A stretch of 64,000 nucleotides of DNA. Source: Cyanophora paradoxa CCMP329. Its lineage: Eukaryota; Plantae; Glaucophyta. The position numbers were made by a program, and so were the translations under genes. The stretch covers positions 62,001-126,000 of the forward strand of contig QPMI01000610.1 of the NCBI GenBank assembly GCA_004431415.1, in the 5' to 3' direction. Below, in pieces: positions 1 through 13,300 of this stretch. The notes beneath the pieces were generated by a model. It did no database searches and was not told the origin of the DNA. It was given only the letters and a program-made list of their open reading frames with translations. Each line of letters opens with the position of its first letter. Position 1 is the first letter of the stretch.

Positions 1-1332
1 GTGCCGGCATGAGCATATGCGCAGTCATTATCAGCGAAAAGTTGTGAACAAATAAGGCGATGCACCCGATGAAGTACTTGGAGCGCGCCACTTCCTCGAG
101 GCACAGCCTTAGCACCTGCGGCCCGCACCGGTACGCCCGTCGCATGCGCATGCGCAGTCAGACTCGCCGCCCCCCGCGCCGGGCACAAACATGCACGAGC
201 TAAGGCAACTACAGTACGTCTACAGCTGCATGAACGTGTATATATATATATATGTGCACGCGCCTCGCCGCTCTCTGCCGACTCCCGTGTAATGCCCCAT
301 CTGCCGCATCGCGCGCTAGAATTAATTGACTGGCCCTAGGCCCGGCCACGCGCACAAGCGAAGTCGACTCGTGCGCGAGAAACGTATACGTACCGCAGAT
401 CTGCACATATATATCATGATCAGATATCGATATCGATGCATGTACGTATACAGCCTAGGTCTCTAAGTTTCTAGGTTTCTAAGTACGTATATATATAATA
501 TCGATATCGATTCGAAGTTAGCATCCCCGCCCGCGGCCCTCCGGTCCGCGGCCCGGCCCGTCGGCGCATATGCATATATATGCATGCGCACCGACGGGAA
601 CGAAGAAGAGACCACGGACGTCCATGGCGCGCCGCAGCCGCGGCACGGCGGATTCGAAGATCGCCCGCCGCTCCTCCTCCATGTCCTGCGCATGTGCATT
701 TGCGCACACGTGTGCACGATGCGGGATCGGCCGCGGCCGGATATCGATCGATATACATATATCCCGCGGCACGTGCACCCGCGGCCGGCCGCGGCCCCGG
801 ATCGAGCTCGCGATCGAGAGTCATGCATATGCATATGAGTTCATAACCTCGCGTATAGCGTACGTACACTAGTGGCCATGGCTATGAGTGCATGCGCAGC
901 TGCAGGCCTAGGCCTAGGCCTAGCTATATAGGCCTATAGCGGCCGGGGGTGGCGATATATACCGCGCCGGCCGCGCCGCGGGTATACGTAGAGCGCGCGC
1001 CCGGCCCGCGGCCGCGGCCGGGGGTAGCGATAGCTATAGCGCATATGCTTGAGCTTAAGATCTAGATCTAGATCTCTGAGTCTAGAGACGCGAACCCGGA
1101 AAGTCGACGAGAGGAAGACGCGAACGATGCGATCGATCGGACGCGATCGCGCTACGAGAGACGTTGCATGCACTGCTGGAGTTGAGATGCAATTGCCGCG
1201 GCCGTCAACGTCGGTCAGATGCAGGCCGAGGGCGGGGGCCGCGGGGATTTCGATGGGAGAGGTAGCTTCGAGCTCATGTACTCTCTCTACGGCTTCGGTG
1301 CATTCATGATCCCGCTTACGCTTTCCGCTCAT
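1..1332 (-). CDS. DUF4062-domain protein (TEP1/NWD1/NPHP3-like N-terminus), 5' part; continues beyond the window start
   Basis: Spliced exons 1332-1096, 685-592, 400-394, 300-264 and 115-66 read ...IVRVFLSSTFR|DMEEERRAIFESAVPRLRRAMDVRGLFFVPV|DLR|WGITRESAESGE|VLRLCLEEVARSKYFIG. This matches the DUF4062 motif RVFxSSTFxDMxxER...VDLRWG...CLxEV. All junctions are GT/GC-AG and in phase. Confidence 0.85.
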
Positions 1333-1416
1333 GATCATTGCATGCGCAAAGCCCCGATGAAATGTGTGAGGCTAGCTAAAGATTGTACCCCGGGGCGCCC
1401 AGACTCGCTTCTACCG

Positions 1417-3631
1417 ATGAAGCGCGGAGCAGGCAGGGCACGTTGGGCACATCAGTAGATCCCGCTACCGAGCCGGCATCGCGCGCTGGGGCGCAGCGGG
1501 ACGTGAGCTCGGGTCGACGAGCTCGCGCGGGCCTGGCCGGAGATCGCACGCCAGCTGCGGCGGAAGATCGAGACACCCGAAGAGCTCGAGGTGCGAGAGC
1601 GCTGCACCTGCGCGGTCCGGTTCTGCGCAGATGGGCGGCCGCATAGGATGTCGTCAAGAGCATCGTGGCGGCGCGCGAGAACGTCGGGAAGGACGCCGTC
1701 GACGCGTCCGGCTTGCGCAGGCGCGTACGCGGCCGCGCCGCGCCGGCAGCCCGAGCCGGCGCCGGGGCCGTCAGCCGGCGGGCTCTGACCACTCGGGTCG
1801 CGCAGCTTCGTGGAGGAGCACCTGACGGCGCAGGAGCGGGCGTCGTTCTTCGGGGACGTGCTCCCCGCGATCCAGCGCGCCGCGCACGAGCTCCCCTCCC
1901 TCCCCCGCTTCCGCGTCCTCGAGGTCCGCCCGCAGCGCCCCGCCCCGCAGCGCCCCGCCACGCAACGCCCGGGGCGCCCGCTCTGGCTTCCTGACGCCGG
2001 GCCGCGGCGGCGCGCGCGCGGCGCAGGCCGACGGGCAGGTCTTCTTCTCGAACCGGGAGTGCGCGGGGCTGGTGGCGGGGCCTTCCTCTGCGCGGCGCCG
2101 GCCCCGCGCCGCGCCGACGCGCCCCGCTTCAACGACTTCGCCTTCGCCGCGCTCCACGGCGCCACGGGCTTCGAGGCCGGCGCCCCGCGCTGCGCCCCAC
2201 AGGCCGCCGCCAAGCTCCGCTGCTTCGCCAACTACCTCCGCCGGGCGCTGCTCGGCCCGCCCACCGCCCCGCGCCACGTCGTCGTGCAGCGGCGGCGGCT
2301 GGCGAGGGAGCCGCGGTGGGACCTGAGCGCGACGCCGCTGGCGGGCGTGCGGCCGGCCTTCCGCCTGCGGGGCGCCATCGAGGAGGCCGCCCCCGGGGTG
2401 CTCCAGGTCGACTTCGCCAACATGTACCCCCGCCCCGCCCCGCCCCGCCCGCCTCCAGCCTCGCCTCGAGCTCGAGGCCCCTGCTGAGGCCGCCGCGCGC
2501 GCAGGTACATCGGCGGCGGAGTCCTCTCAACAGTTCGACTACCCCCCCCCCACCCCCCTCGTTTCTCCGCACTCGCGTAACCGGTACCCCCCCCTCCGGC
2601 AGGGCTGCGTGCAGGAGGAGATCCGCTTCGCCCTCAGCCCCGAGTGCCTCGTCTCCATGCTCGTCTGCCCCGTCATGCAGGCGCCCGCCCCGTACCCCCC
2701 CGGGTTTCGTTTACCCCCCTCTGACCCGCTCCCGCGCCCCAGGACGACGAGGCGATCCTCATCTCGGGCACGGAGCGCTACAGCGATTATAAGGGGTACG
2801 CGTTCAACCTCGAGTTCGCGGGCAACCACGTGGACCCCACCCCGATGTGCGTGCTGGGCGACCCGTACCCCCCTCCTCGAAAGCTGTGCCCCTGACCCCT
2901 CCCTCCCCAGGGACGAGCGCGGGAATCTCCGTAGTTACATCGTCGCCATCGACGCGATGGACTGGCGGTGCGCGTACCCCCCCCCCTTCGCCCCATCTTG
3001 TACCCCGGGGACGCGGCGCGCAGGCGTGGGGGCGCGTGGAGGCAGTACCGGCCGGAGTGCATGCGGCGGGAGCTGCGGAAGGCCCTCGCCGGGTTCCTCC
3101 CCTGGCCCGACGTGCCGCCCCTCGACGCCGCCGCCCCCATCGCCACCGGCGCGCCCTCCCCCTCGATCCGCCCTGCGCGCTCGGGGCTCAGGCGCGGGGC
3201 GGGGCGGGGCAGGGCACTGGGGCTGCGGCGCCTTCCTGGGCGACCGCGAACTCAAGTTCCTCCTCCAGGCCATGGCCGCCGCCGAGGCGCGCCCCGCCCC
3301 CCCCCGCTCCCCTCCTACCCCCCGAGATTCGAGGCGGGGCGGGGGCGGGGCGCAGGCGGGGCGGGAGCTGCACTACTACGCCTTCGGGGAGACGGCGTTC
3401 GTGGCGGGGGCGGAGCTCGTCTGGGGCCTCGCCTGCGCGCGCCTGCGGACCGTGGGCGCCCTCTGGCGCGCCCTCCTCTCCTACAGCGAGCTCCGCGACG
3501 GCGCCTTCCGCGCGGCCGCGGGGGCCCGGGGCGGGGGCGGGGGCGGGGCCGGGGGCGGGGGCGGGGGGCGCGGGGAGCCCCCGGGGCTCTTCGCGTACCT
3601 CTCCGAGACCCTCGGCGAGCCGGCGCCGTAG
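1417..3631 (+). CDS. PARG: Poly(ADP-ribose) glycohydrolase (about 10 introns; start uncertain)
   Basis: Spliced motifs KLRCFANYL, LQVDFANM|YIGGGVLST|GCVQEEIRF (catalytic GGG-X6-QEE), GTERYSDYKGY, IVAIDA, RELRKALAGF, IATG|HWGCGAFLGD. TAG stop at 3629-3631. Confidence 0.93.
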
Positions 3632-4308
3632 GCGGGTCGGAGGCTCGTTCGAATTCCGAGGCTGCAGCGTAGACTCTGAGAACTCGAGAGTGAGTTCATT
3701 TCTGCAAAAGTGGGCGCGGCGTCTCCGAGTCTCGACGTGCCCTTGCGAGCCGGGCAACGGCGCCGCCCGGCCGGCATGCGCAGCGCACGTAAGAATGGAG
3801 GTCCCTATGATATGGCATGGCCTGTAGACGGGCGCCCCACTTTCCGAAGTTTCCGCGATCGATCTCAGATCATCGGATCTAGACCCCGAGGCTCTCTGAT
3901 ATCGATCATGATGTGATCGTTCAAAGTATCTTTACACCCAAATCTAGCACAAGTGAATCCAAACTCTGACAATAAGCTATATAGCTAGCTAAAATTGCTC
4001 ATGCTCAAATTTCGACCTCAGCCCCACCGCGGGGTGGGGCAGGGGCCTGATTTCGGAATCGATCGAATTGAAAGCAAGGCGTAAATTTAAGAGCAAAGAA
4101 GCTGCAGCAGCAAGGCTGCAAGCTACAGCGCTACCTGATGGCAATCGCTGCCAATACATTTGCAAGGCGCACGCATCGATATCGTAAGGCTAATTTTGAG
4201 AAGACGCAAAACATACAGATCATGCACGGCCCGCTCAGGGGCCATGGCCACATCTACATAATGTAATTAATTTTTTAAAGAAGAGCGGCGCCGCGCAGGC
4301 GGAGCCGC

Positions 4309-7300
4309 CTAGGACCCGGGGGGCATGGTGGCGGCGAAGCCGAGGGGGCTCAGGCTGCGCGCGTGCGGGCCGTTGGCGTGGTGGTAGAGGCTGTGCTGCT
4401 GCTGCTGCTTGTGGGTGAGCTTGGCGCGGTAGGGCGAGGCGGGCCCCGTGGGGTTGTAGCGCTGCGGCGAGGGCGACGAGTGGATGCCGAAGGCGGCGCC
4501 CATCGGCGGCTGCGAGAAGCGGCTCGGGTGCATGGCGATGGGCCCGCCGATGACGGGCGGGCCGAGCACGGAGGCGGCCTTGCGCTGGTCCAGCGCCATG
4601 CGCTCCGCCACCAGCTGGTCGATCCGGTCCTGGAGCATGGCGGCAACGGACTTGGCGTGCATCAGCTCCGCGTTCATCCGCTGGTCCTCCTCCTGCCCGG
4701 CCCCCGCCCCCGCCGCCTCGTGCAGGTTCCCCACCGTCTTCGCCCGCCGCGCCGCCGGCCCCGCCACCGGCGCGAGCTGCGCGGGGGCCGAGGGCGGCGG
4801 CTGCGGGAGGGCGTGCGTGCCGGCGGGCATCCCGTTCTCCGTGGTGCGCGGCGGCGGCCCGTGGCCGTGCTTCTCGTGCACGGGCGCCAGCGGGCCGCCC
4901 CCGATGCCCCGCATCACCTCCAGCGCCACCCTGCCGGCCCCCGAGCCGTCCGTCGGCGGGCGCCCCCGGAGGCGCGCGGGGCGGGGCGGGGGCTGCGCAC
5001 GCGTTGGCCTTCTCGGCGCTGGCGATGGCCGCCTGAGCCCGCTCCCGCTCCCGCGCGATGTCCTCCCTGCCGAGCCGCGCGGCGTCGGTCGGGGGAGGGG
5101 GCCGGAGACTAGTACTCGGGGATGCGCGGGGGCGGGGCCCGGGGCGCACGCGTGCTTGCGGGAGAGCTGCTCCCAGAGCTCGCGCTTCATCTCGTCGAGG
5201 AGGGCGGCCTGCGAGCCCTTCGCCTCGCGCAGCGCCGCCGTGTGCGCCGCCTTGACCTCGTTCAGCGCCGCCTGCTGCGCCGCCCGCGACTGCGCCAGGT
5301 CGTGCGTCACCCGCCGCGACTCGCTCGCCAGCGCCTGCGCGTGCTGCAGCTTGAGCTGCCCCCCGCCCCGCGCGTCAGGCGAAGAAAAGAAGACGGGGCG
5401 GGGACCGGACGCGGCGCACGTTGGTCATGGCGTCGTTGTGGGCGGCGGCGAGGGCCTCCATCTCTGCGGCGTGCGCGACGCGCGTCGCCGCGAGCTCGTC
5501 GCTCAGCCGCGCCGCCTCTGCCTGCGACGCCGCTAGCTGCTGCTTCAGGCTCACCACCAGCTCCCGCAGCGCTGCGCGCGGGAGAGCGGGAGAGTCAGGC
5601 CGCGCTCGCAGCGGGGCGGTGCGAGGGAGGGCCGGGGCGCGCCAGTCGCATCGGCGGTGCTCGCCGCGCCGCCGCCGCCGGCGCCGATCGCCTGCTCGAG
5701 CGCAGCGGTGCGCGCGGCGGCCGACTCGCGCAGCGCCACCGCGTGCGAGGCCCGCAGCTGCCGCAGGCGCCGTCAGCGGCACGTGGCGCGGGGCGGCGGG
5801 GCGGCGCGAGAGGTAGCGCAGCGCACCCCGTCGAGCTCGGCGGCGTGCTGCGCGCGGATCTGCTGCACGGTCGCCGCGTGCCGCGCCTCGGCCGCCTCGA
5901 CGGCGCTCGCCTGCGCGGCGCGGGCGGCGGCCGCCTCGTCCTGCGCCTGGCGCGCCTCGGCGAGGGCGGCGGCGAGCTGCTCCCGGAGGCTCGCGAGCTC
6001 CGCCCGGAGCGCCGCGTCGTCGGCCGCGCCGCCGGCGGTGGCGGCGACGACCGACGAGCTGCGCGTGCGCCGCGGCGAGGTCCGCGATGCCAGCGCCGCC
6101 GCCAGCTCCGTCTGCGTCGCCTGCAGCTGCGCCCGCAGCGCTGCGCCGCCCTCGATCAGAGCGGGCGGCCGGCGGCGGGCGAGGCGCGCGGCGCGGGGCG
6201 CACTCTCGACTTCGGTCGGCTCGGGCCCACGTGCGGACGGCGCCGAGGCTGCCGCCGGCGCTCCCAAACCCGCAGCGGGTGCCAGGAGGGCCGTTGCGGC
6301 GGGAGCGGCCGCCGGCACCGGCGCCGGAGCGGGCAGGGCAGCTGGCGCCGATTCCGCGGCGTCGCAAACGGTGTAGTGCCGGCTGACGAAATCGCTTTGG
6401 ATCCACAGCAGCTTCGTAAACGCCCGCACCAGCTTGTCCTTCCTCGCCTGGTCTACAGGAAGACACTGGAAGGTCGCGATGAGGGCGTCGTTGACGTAGC
6501 CGAAGAGCGCGTTCATGTGGACGAGGTCGATCTCCAGGCTCTTGTTGCCCTGCGCGGCGCGGTGAGGCCGCGGGTCTCTCGCGGGGCGACGCGGCTCCAC
6601 GTACATCCTTCTTCGTGTGGATCCGACCGACGTAGTCCACGTATTCCACGAGAGCGGCGTCGTACTCGGCAGTGACGAGCTTGACCAGGTACTTGGTCAG
6701 CTTCTCCTTGCTGCGCGGAATGTGAACACCCGGAACGCCTTGGTGGAGGCTACAGATCATCTCACCGGAACTTGATGACCTCGTGCGATACACCGAGACC
6801 CGATTCGCTTTGCGGAAGCGAGCCCGAGAAACCCTCTTGCTGAGGCATGAAGTATCTCTGCGAAAGGTTTCAGTATCCCTCGCGGAAGCACCACGAAGCA
6901 CGAGAAAGACTGGCCTTGGTTACGTCGAACGAGAAGAGTTTCGCATACACAGCATCCACGAGCGTCGGTACCAGCGGGCCGAGCACGGGTGCGATTCCCT
7001 TGATGGTCGCAATGTCGTCCGCGCTGAAGCCCATGAACCGCGCCAGGTACCCGAACCGGTACGCCGAGCTCGTGTGGACTTTCTTCATGTCGATGACCTC
7101 CACGCCCGCCTCTGCCGGGCCCGACGCCGCCGCAGCCGGCATCGGCGTCGTGATCGGTGCCTCGCCCGTGTCCACCGAGTCGCAGTTCGTGTAGTGCCGG
7201 CTCGTGAAGTCGCTCTGCACCCAGAGCAGCTTCGTGAACGCCCGCACCAGCTTGTCCTTCGTCGCCTGGTCGACGCCCCCCGACAGGCCCTGGAAGGTCG

Positions 7301-10300
7301 CGATGAGGGCGTCGTTGACGTAGCCAAAGAGCGCGTTCATGTGGACGAGGTCGATCTCCAGGTTCTTGTTCCCCTGCGACGCGTCAGCGCACGCGGCTCC
7401 CGCCGTCCCCCGCCGGGCCGCACCTCCTTCCGAGTGTGGAGCTTGCCCACCCGGTCCACGTACTCGACGAGCGACCCGTCGTACTCGGATGTCACCAGCT
7501 TCACCAGGTACTTCGCGAGCTTCTCCTTGCTGCAAACACCGTCAGCGCGGTGGCGGGCGTCCCGCGACGCGGATCCCGCTCACCGGAACTTGATGATGGC
7601 GTGCGACGTCGTCAGCGCCCCTTCGGTCCCGGGCAGCTCGCCGGTGTACCCGTCCTGCTGCGGCAGGAAGTACCGCTGCACAGCCCCCGTCAGCCGCGCC
7701 GCGCCGCGCCGCGCCGGGCGGGGCGGGGGCGGCGCGGCTCGCCTTGGTCACGTCGAACGAGAAGAGCTTCGCGTAGACCGCGTCGACGAGGCCCGGCACC
7801 AGCGGGCCCAGCACGGGCGCCGAGCCCTTGATCGCCGCGATGTCCCCGGCACCGAACTGAGCGGCCGTCAGGCACGGCTCAAGCCGTTTCTCCGACGTTC
7901 GGCCCACTCACCTCCATGAACTTGCCCAGGTACCCGAAGCGGTATGCCGCGTTCGTGTGCACGAGCTGCGGCGCGGCCGATCAGATCGGGCGACGGTTGG
8001 CGCATCGAGGGAACGGCCGAACCTTCATGTCGATCTTCTCGATGCCCGGCTCGGCGGGAGCGGCCGCCGGCGCTGGCGCGGGCAGGGCGGCAGGCGCCGA
8101 TTCCGCCGCGTCGCAGACGGTGTAGTGCCGGCTCGTGAAGTCGCTCTGAATCCACAGCAGCTTTGTGAACGCACGGATGAGCTTGTCCTTGCTCGCTTGG
8201 TCCACGTTCGTCAGGCCCTGGAAGGTCGCGATGAGGGCGTCGTTGACGTAGCCGAAGAGCGCGTTCATGTGGACGAGGTCGACCTCCAGGTCCTTGTTGC
8301 CCTGCGGCACCGCGCGTCGGATGCCATGCCGCGCAAGCCCGGGGCAACAGCGCGGGCGCGCGCACCGCCTTCTTGGTGTGGACCTTGCCGACGAAGTCGA
8401 CGTACTCGACGAGCGACCCGTCGTACTCGGATGTCACCAGCTTCACAAGGTACTTCGCGAGCTTCTCCTTGCTGCGAACACCGTCAGCGCGGCGACGGGC
8501 GTGGCGCGACGCGGATCCCGCTCACCGGAACTTGATGACCTCGTGCGTCAACGTGAAGCTCGCCTCGCTCTGCGGCAGTGAGCCCGAGTAGCCCTCCTGC
8601 TGCGGCATGAAGTATCTCTGCGATCGATGTCAATGCCAGCGCCATGGAACCCACGACACACGGTGGGAAATGCTGGCCTTGGTCACGTCGAACGCGAACA
8701 GCTTTGCATACACCGCGTCCACCAGCGTCGGCACCAACGGCCCCAGAACCGGAGCAGATGCCTTTATCACCGCAATGTCGTCCGCGCTCATCTGCTCTTG
8801 CCGTAAACACAACTGCGGGAAAAGAATGCGCGAGGCGACACGGACCCCCATGAACCGCGCCAGGTACCCGAACCGGTACGCCGAGCTCGTGTGGACTTTC
8901 TTCATGTCGATGACCTCCACGCCCGCCTCTGCCGGGCCCGACGCCGCCGCAGCCGGCATCGGCGTCGTGATCGGTGCCTCGCCCGTGTCCACCGAGTCGC
9001 AGTTCGTGTAGTGCCGGCTCGTGAAGTCGCTCTGCACCCAGAGCAGCTTCGTGAACGCCCGCACCAGCTTGTCCTTCGTCGCCTGGTCGACGCCCCCCGA
9101 CAGGCCCTGGAAGGTCGCGATGAGGCGTCGTTCACGTAGCCAAAGAGCGCGTTCATGTGGACGAGGTCGATCTCCAGGTTCTTGTTCCCCTGCGACGCGT
9201 CAGCGCACGCGGCTCCCGCCGTCCCCGCCGGGCCGCACCTCCTTCCGAGTGTGGAGCTTGCCCACCCGGTCCACGTACTCGACGAGCGACCCGTCGTACT
9301 CGGATGTCACCAGCTTCACCAGGTACTTCGCGAGCTTCTCCTTGCTGCAAACACCGTCAGCGCGGTGGCGGGCGTCCCGCGACGCGGATCCCGCTCACCG
9401 GAACTTGATGATGGCGTGCGACGTCGTCAGCGCCCCTTCGGTCCCGGGCAGCTCGCCGGTGTACCCGTCCTGCTGCGGCAGGAAGTACCGCTGCACAGCC
9501 CCCGTCAGCCGCGCCGCGCCGCGCCGCGCCGGGCGGGGCGGGGGCGGCGCGGCTCGCCTTGGTCACGTCGAACGAGAAGAGCTTCGCGTAGACCGCGTCG
9601 ACGAGGCCCGGCACCAGCGGGCCCAGCACGGGCGCCGAGCCCTTGATCGCCGCGATGTCCCCGGCACCGAACTGACTCAGTGAGCGGCCGTCAGGCACGG
9701 CTCAAGCCGTTTCTCCGACGTTCGGCCCACTCACCTCCATGAACTTGCCCAGGTACCCGAAGCGGTATGCCGCGTTCGTGTGCACGAGCTGCGGCGCGGC
9801 CGATCAGATCGGGCGACGGTTGGCGCATCGAGGGAACGGCCGAACCTTCATGTCGATCTTCTCGATGCCCGGCTCGGCGGGAGCGGCCGCCGGCGCTGGC
9901 GCGGGCAGGGCGGCAGGCGCCGATTCCGCCGTGTCGCAGACGGTGTAGTGCCGGCTCGTGAAGTCGCTCTGAATCCACAGCAGCTTTGTGAACGCACGGA
10001 TGAGCTTGTCCTTGCTCGCTTGGTCCACGTTCGTCAGGCCCTGGAAGGTCGCGATGAGGGCGTCGTTGACGTAGCCGAAGAGCGCGTTCATGTGGACGAG
10101 GTCGACCTCCAGGTCCTTGTTGCCCTGCGGCACCGCGCGTCGGATGCCATGCCGCGCAAGCCCGGGGCAACAGCGCAGGCGCGCGCACCGCCTTCTTGGT
10201 GTGGACCTTGCCGACGAAGTCGACGTACTCGACGAGCGACCCGTCGTACTCGGATGTCACCAGCTTCACAAGGTACTTCGCGAGCTTCTCCTTGCTGCGA

Positions 10301-13300
10301 ACACCGTCAGCGCGGCGACGGGCGTGGCGCGACGCGGATCCCGCTCACCGGAACTTGATGACCTCGTGCGTCAACGTGAAGCTCGCCTCGCTCTGCGGCA
10401 GTGAGCCCGAGTAGCCCTCCTGCTGCGGCATGAAGTATCTCTGCGATCGATGTCAATGCCGGCGCCATGGAACCCACGACACACGGTGGGAAATGCTGGC
10501 CTTGGTCACGTCGAACGCGAACAGCTTTGCATACACCGCGTCCACCAGCGTCGGCACCAACGGCCCCAGAACCGGAGCAGATGCCTTAATCACCGCAATG
10601 TCGTCCGCGCTCATCTGCTCTTGCCGTAAACACAACTGCGGGAAAAGAATGCGCGAGGCGACACGGACCCCCATGAACCGCGCCAGGTACCCGAACCGGT
10701 ACGCCGAGCTCGTGTGGACTTTCTTCATGTCGATGACCTCCACGCCCGCCTCTGCCGGGCCCGACGCCGCCGCAGCCGGCATCGGCGTCGTGATCGGTGC
10801 CTCGCCCGTGTCCACCGAGTCGCAGTTCGTGTAGTGCCGGCTCGTGAAGTCGCTCTGCACCCAGAGCAGCTTCGTGAACGCCCGCACCAGCTTGTCCTTC
10901 GTCGCCTGGTCGACGACCCCCGACAGGCCCTGGAACGTCGCGATGAGGGCGTCGTTGACGTAGCCAAAGAGCGCGTTCATGTGGACGAGGTCGATCTCCA
11001 GGTTCTTGTTCCCCTGCGACGCGTCAGCGCACGCGGCTCCCGCCGTCCCCCGCCGGGCCGCACCTCCTTCCGAGTGTGGAGCTTGCCCACCCGGTCCACG
11101 TACTCGACGAGCGACCCGTCGTACTCGGATGTCACCAGCTTCACCAGGTACTTCGCGAGCTTCTCCTTGCTGCAAACACCGTCAGCGCGGTGGCGGGCGT
11201 CCCGCGACGCGGATCCCGCTCACCGGAACTTGATGATGGCGTGCGACGTCGTCAGCGCCCCTTCGGTCCCGGGCAGCTCGCCGGTGTACCCGTCCTGCTG
11301 CGGCAGGAAGTACCGCTGCACAGCCCCCGTCAGCCACGCTGCGCCGCGCCGCGCCGCGCCGGGCGGGGTGGGGGCGGCGCGGCTCGCCTTGGTCACGTCG
11401 AACGAGAAGAGCTTCGCGTAGACCGCGTCGACGAGGCCCGGCACCAGCGGGCCCAGCACGGGCGCCGAGCCCTTGATCGCCGCGATGTCCCCGGCACCGA
11501 ACTGAGCGGCCGTCAGGCACGGCTCAAGCCGTTTCTACGGCTCAAGCCGTTTCTCCGACGTTCGGCCCACTCACCTCCATGAACTTGCCCAGGTACCCGA
11601 AGCGGTATGCCGCGTTCGTGTGCACGAGCTGCGGCGCGGCCGATCAGATCGGGCGACGGTCGACGCATCGAGGGAACGGCCGAACCTTCATGTCGATCTT
11701 CTCGATGCCCGGCTCGGCGGGAGCGGCCGCCGGCGCTGGCGCGGGCAGGGCGGCAGGCGCCGATTCCGCCGCGTCGCAGACGGTGTAGTGCCGGCTCGTG
11801 AAGTCGCTCTGAATCCACAGCAGCTTTGTGAACGCACGGATGAGCTTGTCCTTGCTCGCTTGGTCCACGTTCGTCAGGCCCTGGAAGGTCGCGATGAGGG
11901 CGTCGTTGACGTAGCCGAAGAGCGCGTTCATGTGGACGAGGTCGACCTCCAGGTCCTTGTTGCCCTGCGGCACCGCGCGTCGGATGCCATGCCGCGCAAG
12001 CCCGGGGCAACAGCGCGGGCGCGCGCACCGCCTTCTTGGTGTGGACCTTGCCGACGAAGTCGACGTACTCGACGAGCGACCCGTCGTACTCGGATGTCAC
12101 CAGCTTCACAAGGTACTTCGCGAGCTTCTCCTTGCTGCGAACACCGTCAGCGCGGCGACGGGCGTGGCGCGACGCGGATCCCGCTCACCGGAACTTGATG
12201 ACCTCGTGCGTCAACGTGAAGCTCGCCTCGCTCTGCGGCAGCGAGCCCGAGTAGCCCTCCTGCTGCGGCATGAAGTATCTCTGCGATCGATGTCAATGCC
12301 GGCGCCATGGAACCCACGACACACGGTGGGAAATGCTGGCCTTGGTCACGTCGAACGCGAACAGCTTTGCATACACCGCGTCCACCAGCGTCGGCACCAA
12401 CGGCCCCAGAACCGGAGCAGATGCCTTTATCACCGCAATGTCGTCCGCGCTCATCTGCTCTTGCCGTAAACACAACTGCGGGAAAAGAATGCGCGAGGCG
12501 ACACGGACCCCCATGAACCGCGCCAGGTACCCGAACCGGTACGCCGAGCTCGTGTGGACTTTCTTCATGTCGATGACCTCCACGCCCGCCTCTGCCGGGC
12601 CCGACGCCGCCGCAGCCGGCATCGGCGTCGTGATCGGTGCCTCGCCCGTGTCCACCGAGTCGCAGTTCGTGTAGTGCCGGCTCGTGAAGTCGCTCTGCAC
12701 CCAGAGCAGCTTCGTGAACGCCCGCACCAGCTTGTCCTTCGTCGCCTGGTCGACGCCCCCCGACAGGCCCTGGAACGTCGCGATGAGGGCGTCGTTGACG
12801 TAGCCAAAGAGCGCGTTCATGTGGACGAGGTCGATCTCCAGGTTCTTGTTCCCCTGCGACGCGTCAGCACGCGGCTCCCGCCGTCCCCCGCCGGGCCGCA
12901 CCTCCTTCCGAGTGTGGAGCTTGCCCACCCGGTCCACGTACTCGACGAGCGACCCGTCGTACTCGGATGTCACCAGCTTCACCAGGTACTTCGCGAGCTT
13001 CTCCTTGCTGCAAACACCGTCAGCGCGGTGGCGGGCGTCCCGCGACGCGGATCCCGCTCACCGGAACTTGATGATGGCGTGCGACGTCGTCAGCGCCCCT
13101 TCGGTCCCGGGCAGCTCGCCGGTGTACCCGTCCTGCTGCGGCAGGAAGTACCGCTGCACAGCCCCCGTCAGCCACGCTGCGCCGCGCCGCGCCGCGCCGG
13201 GCGGGGTGGGGGCGGCGCGGCTCGCCTTGGTCACGTCGAACGAGAAGAGCTTCGCGTAGACCGCGTCGACGAGGCCCGGCACCAGCGGGCCCAGCACGGG

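Noticed and set aside
1631-1660. In-frame TAG upstream of the PARG coding sequence (WAAA*DVVKS), suggesting stop-codon reassignment
   Set aside because: Better explained as a TAG splice acceptor (…PEELE|gt…catag|DVVKS). TAG also terminates several genes here (3631, 4309, 26063).
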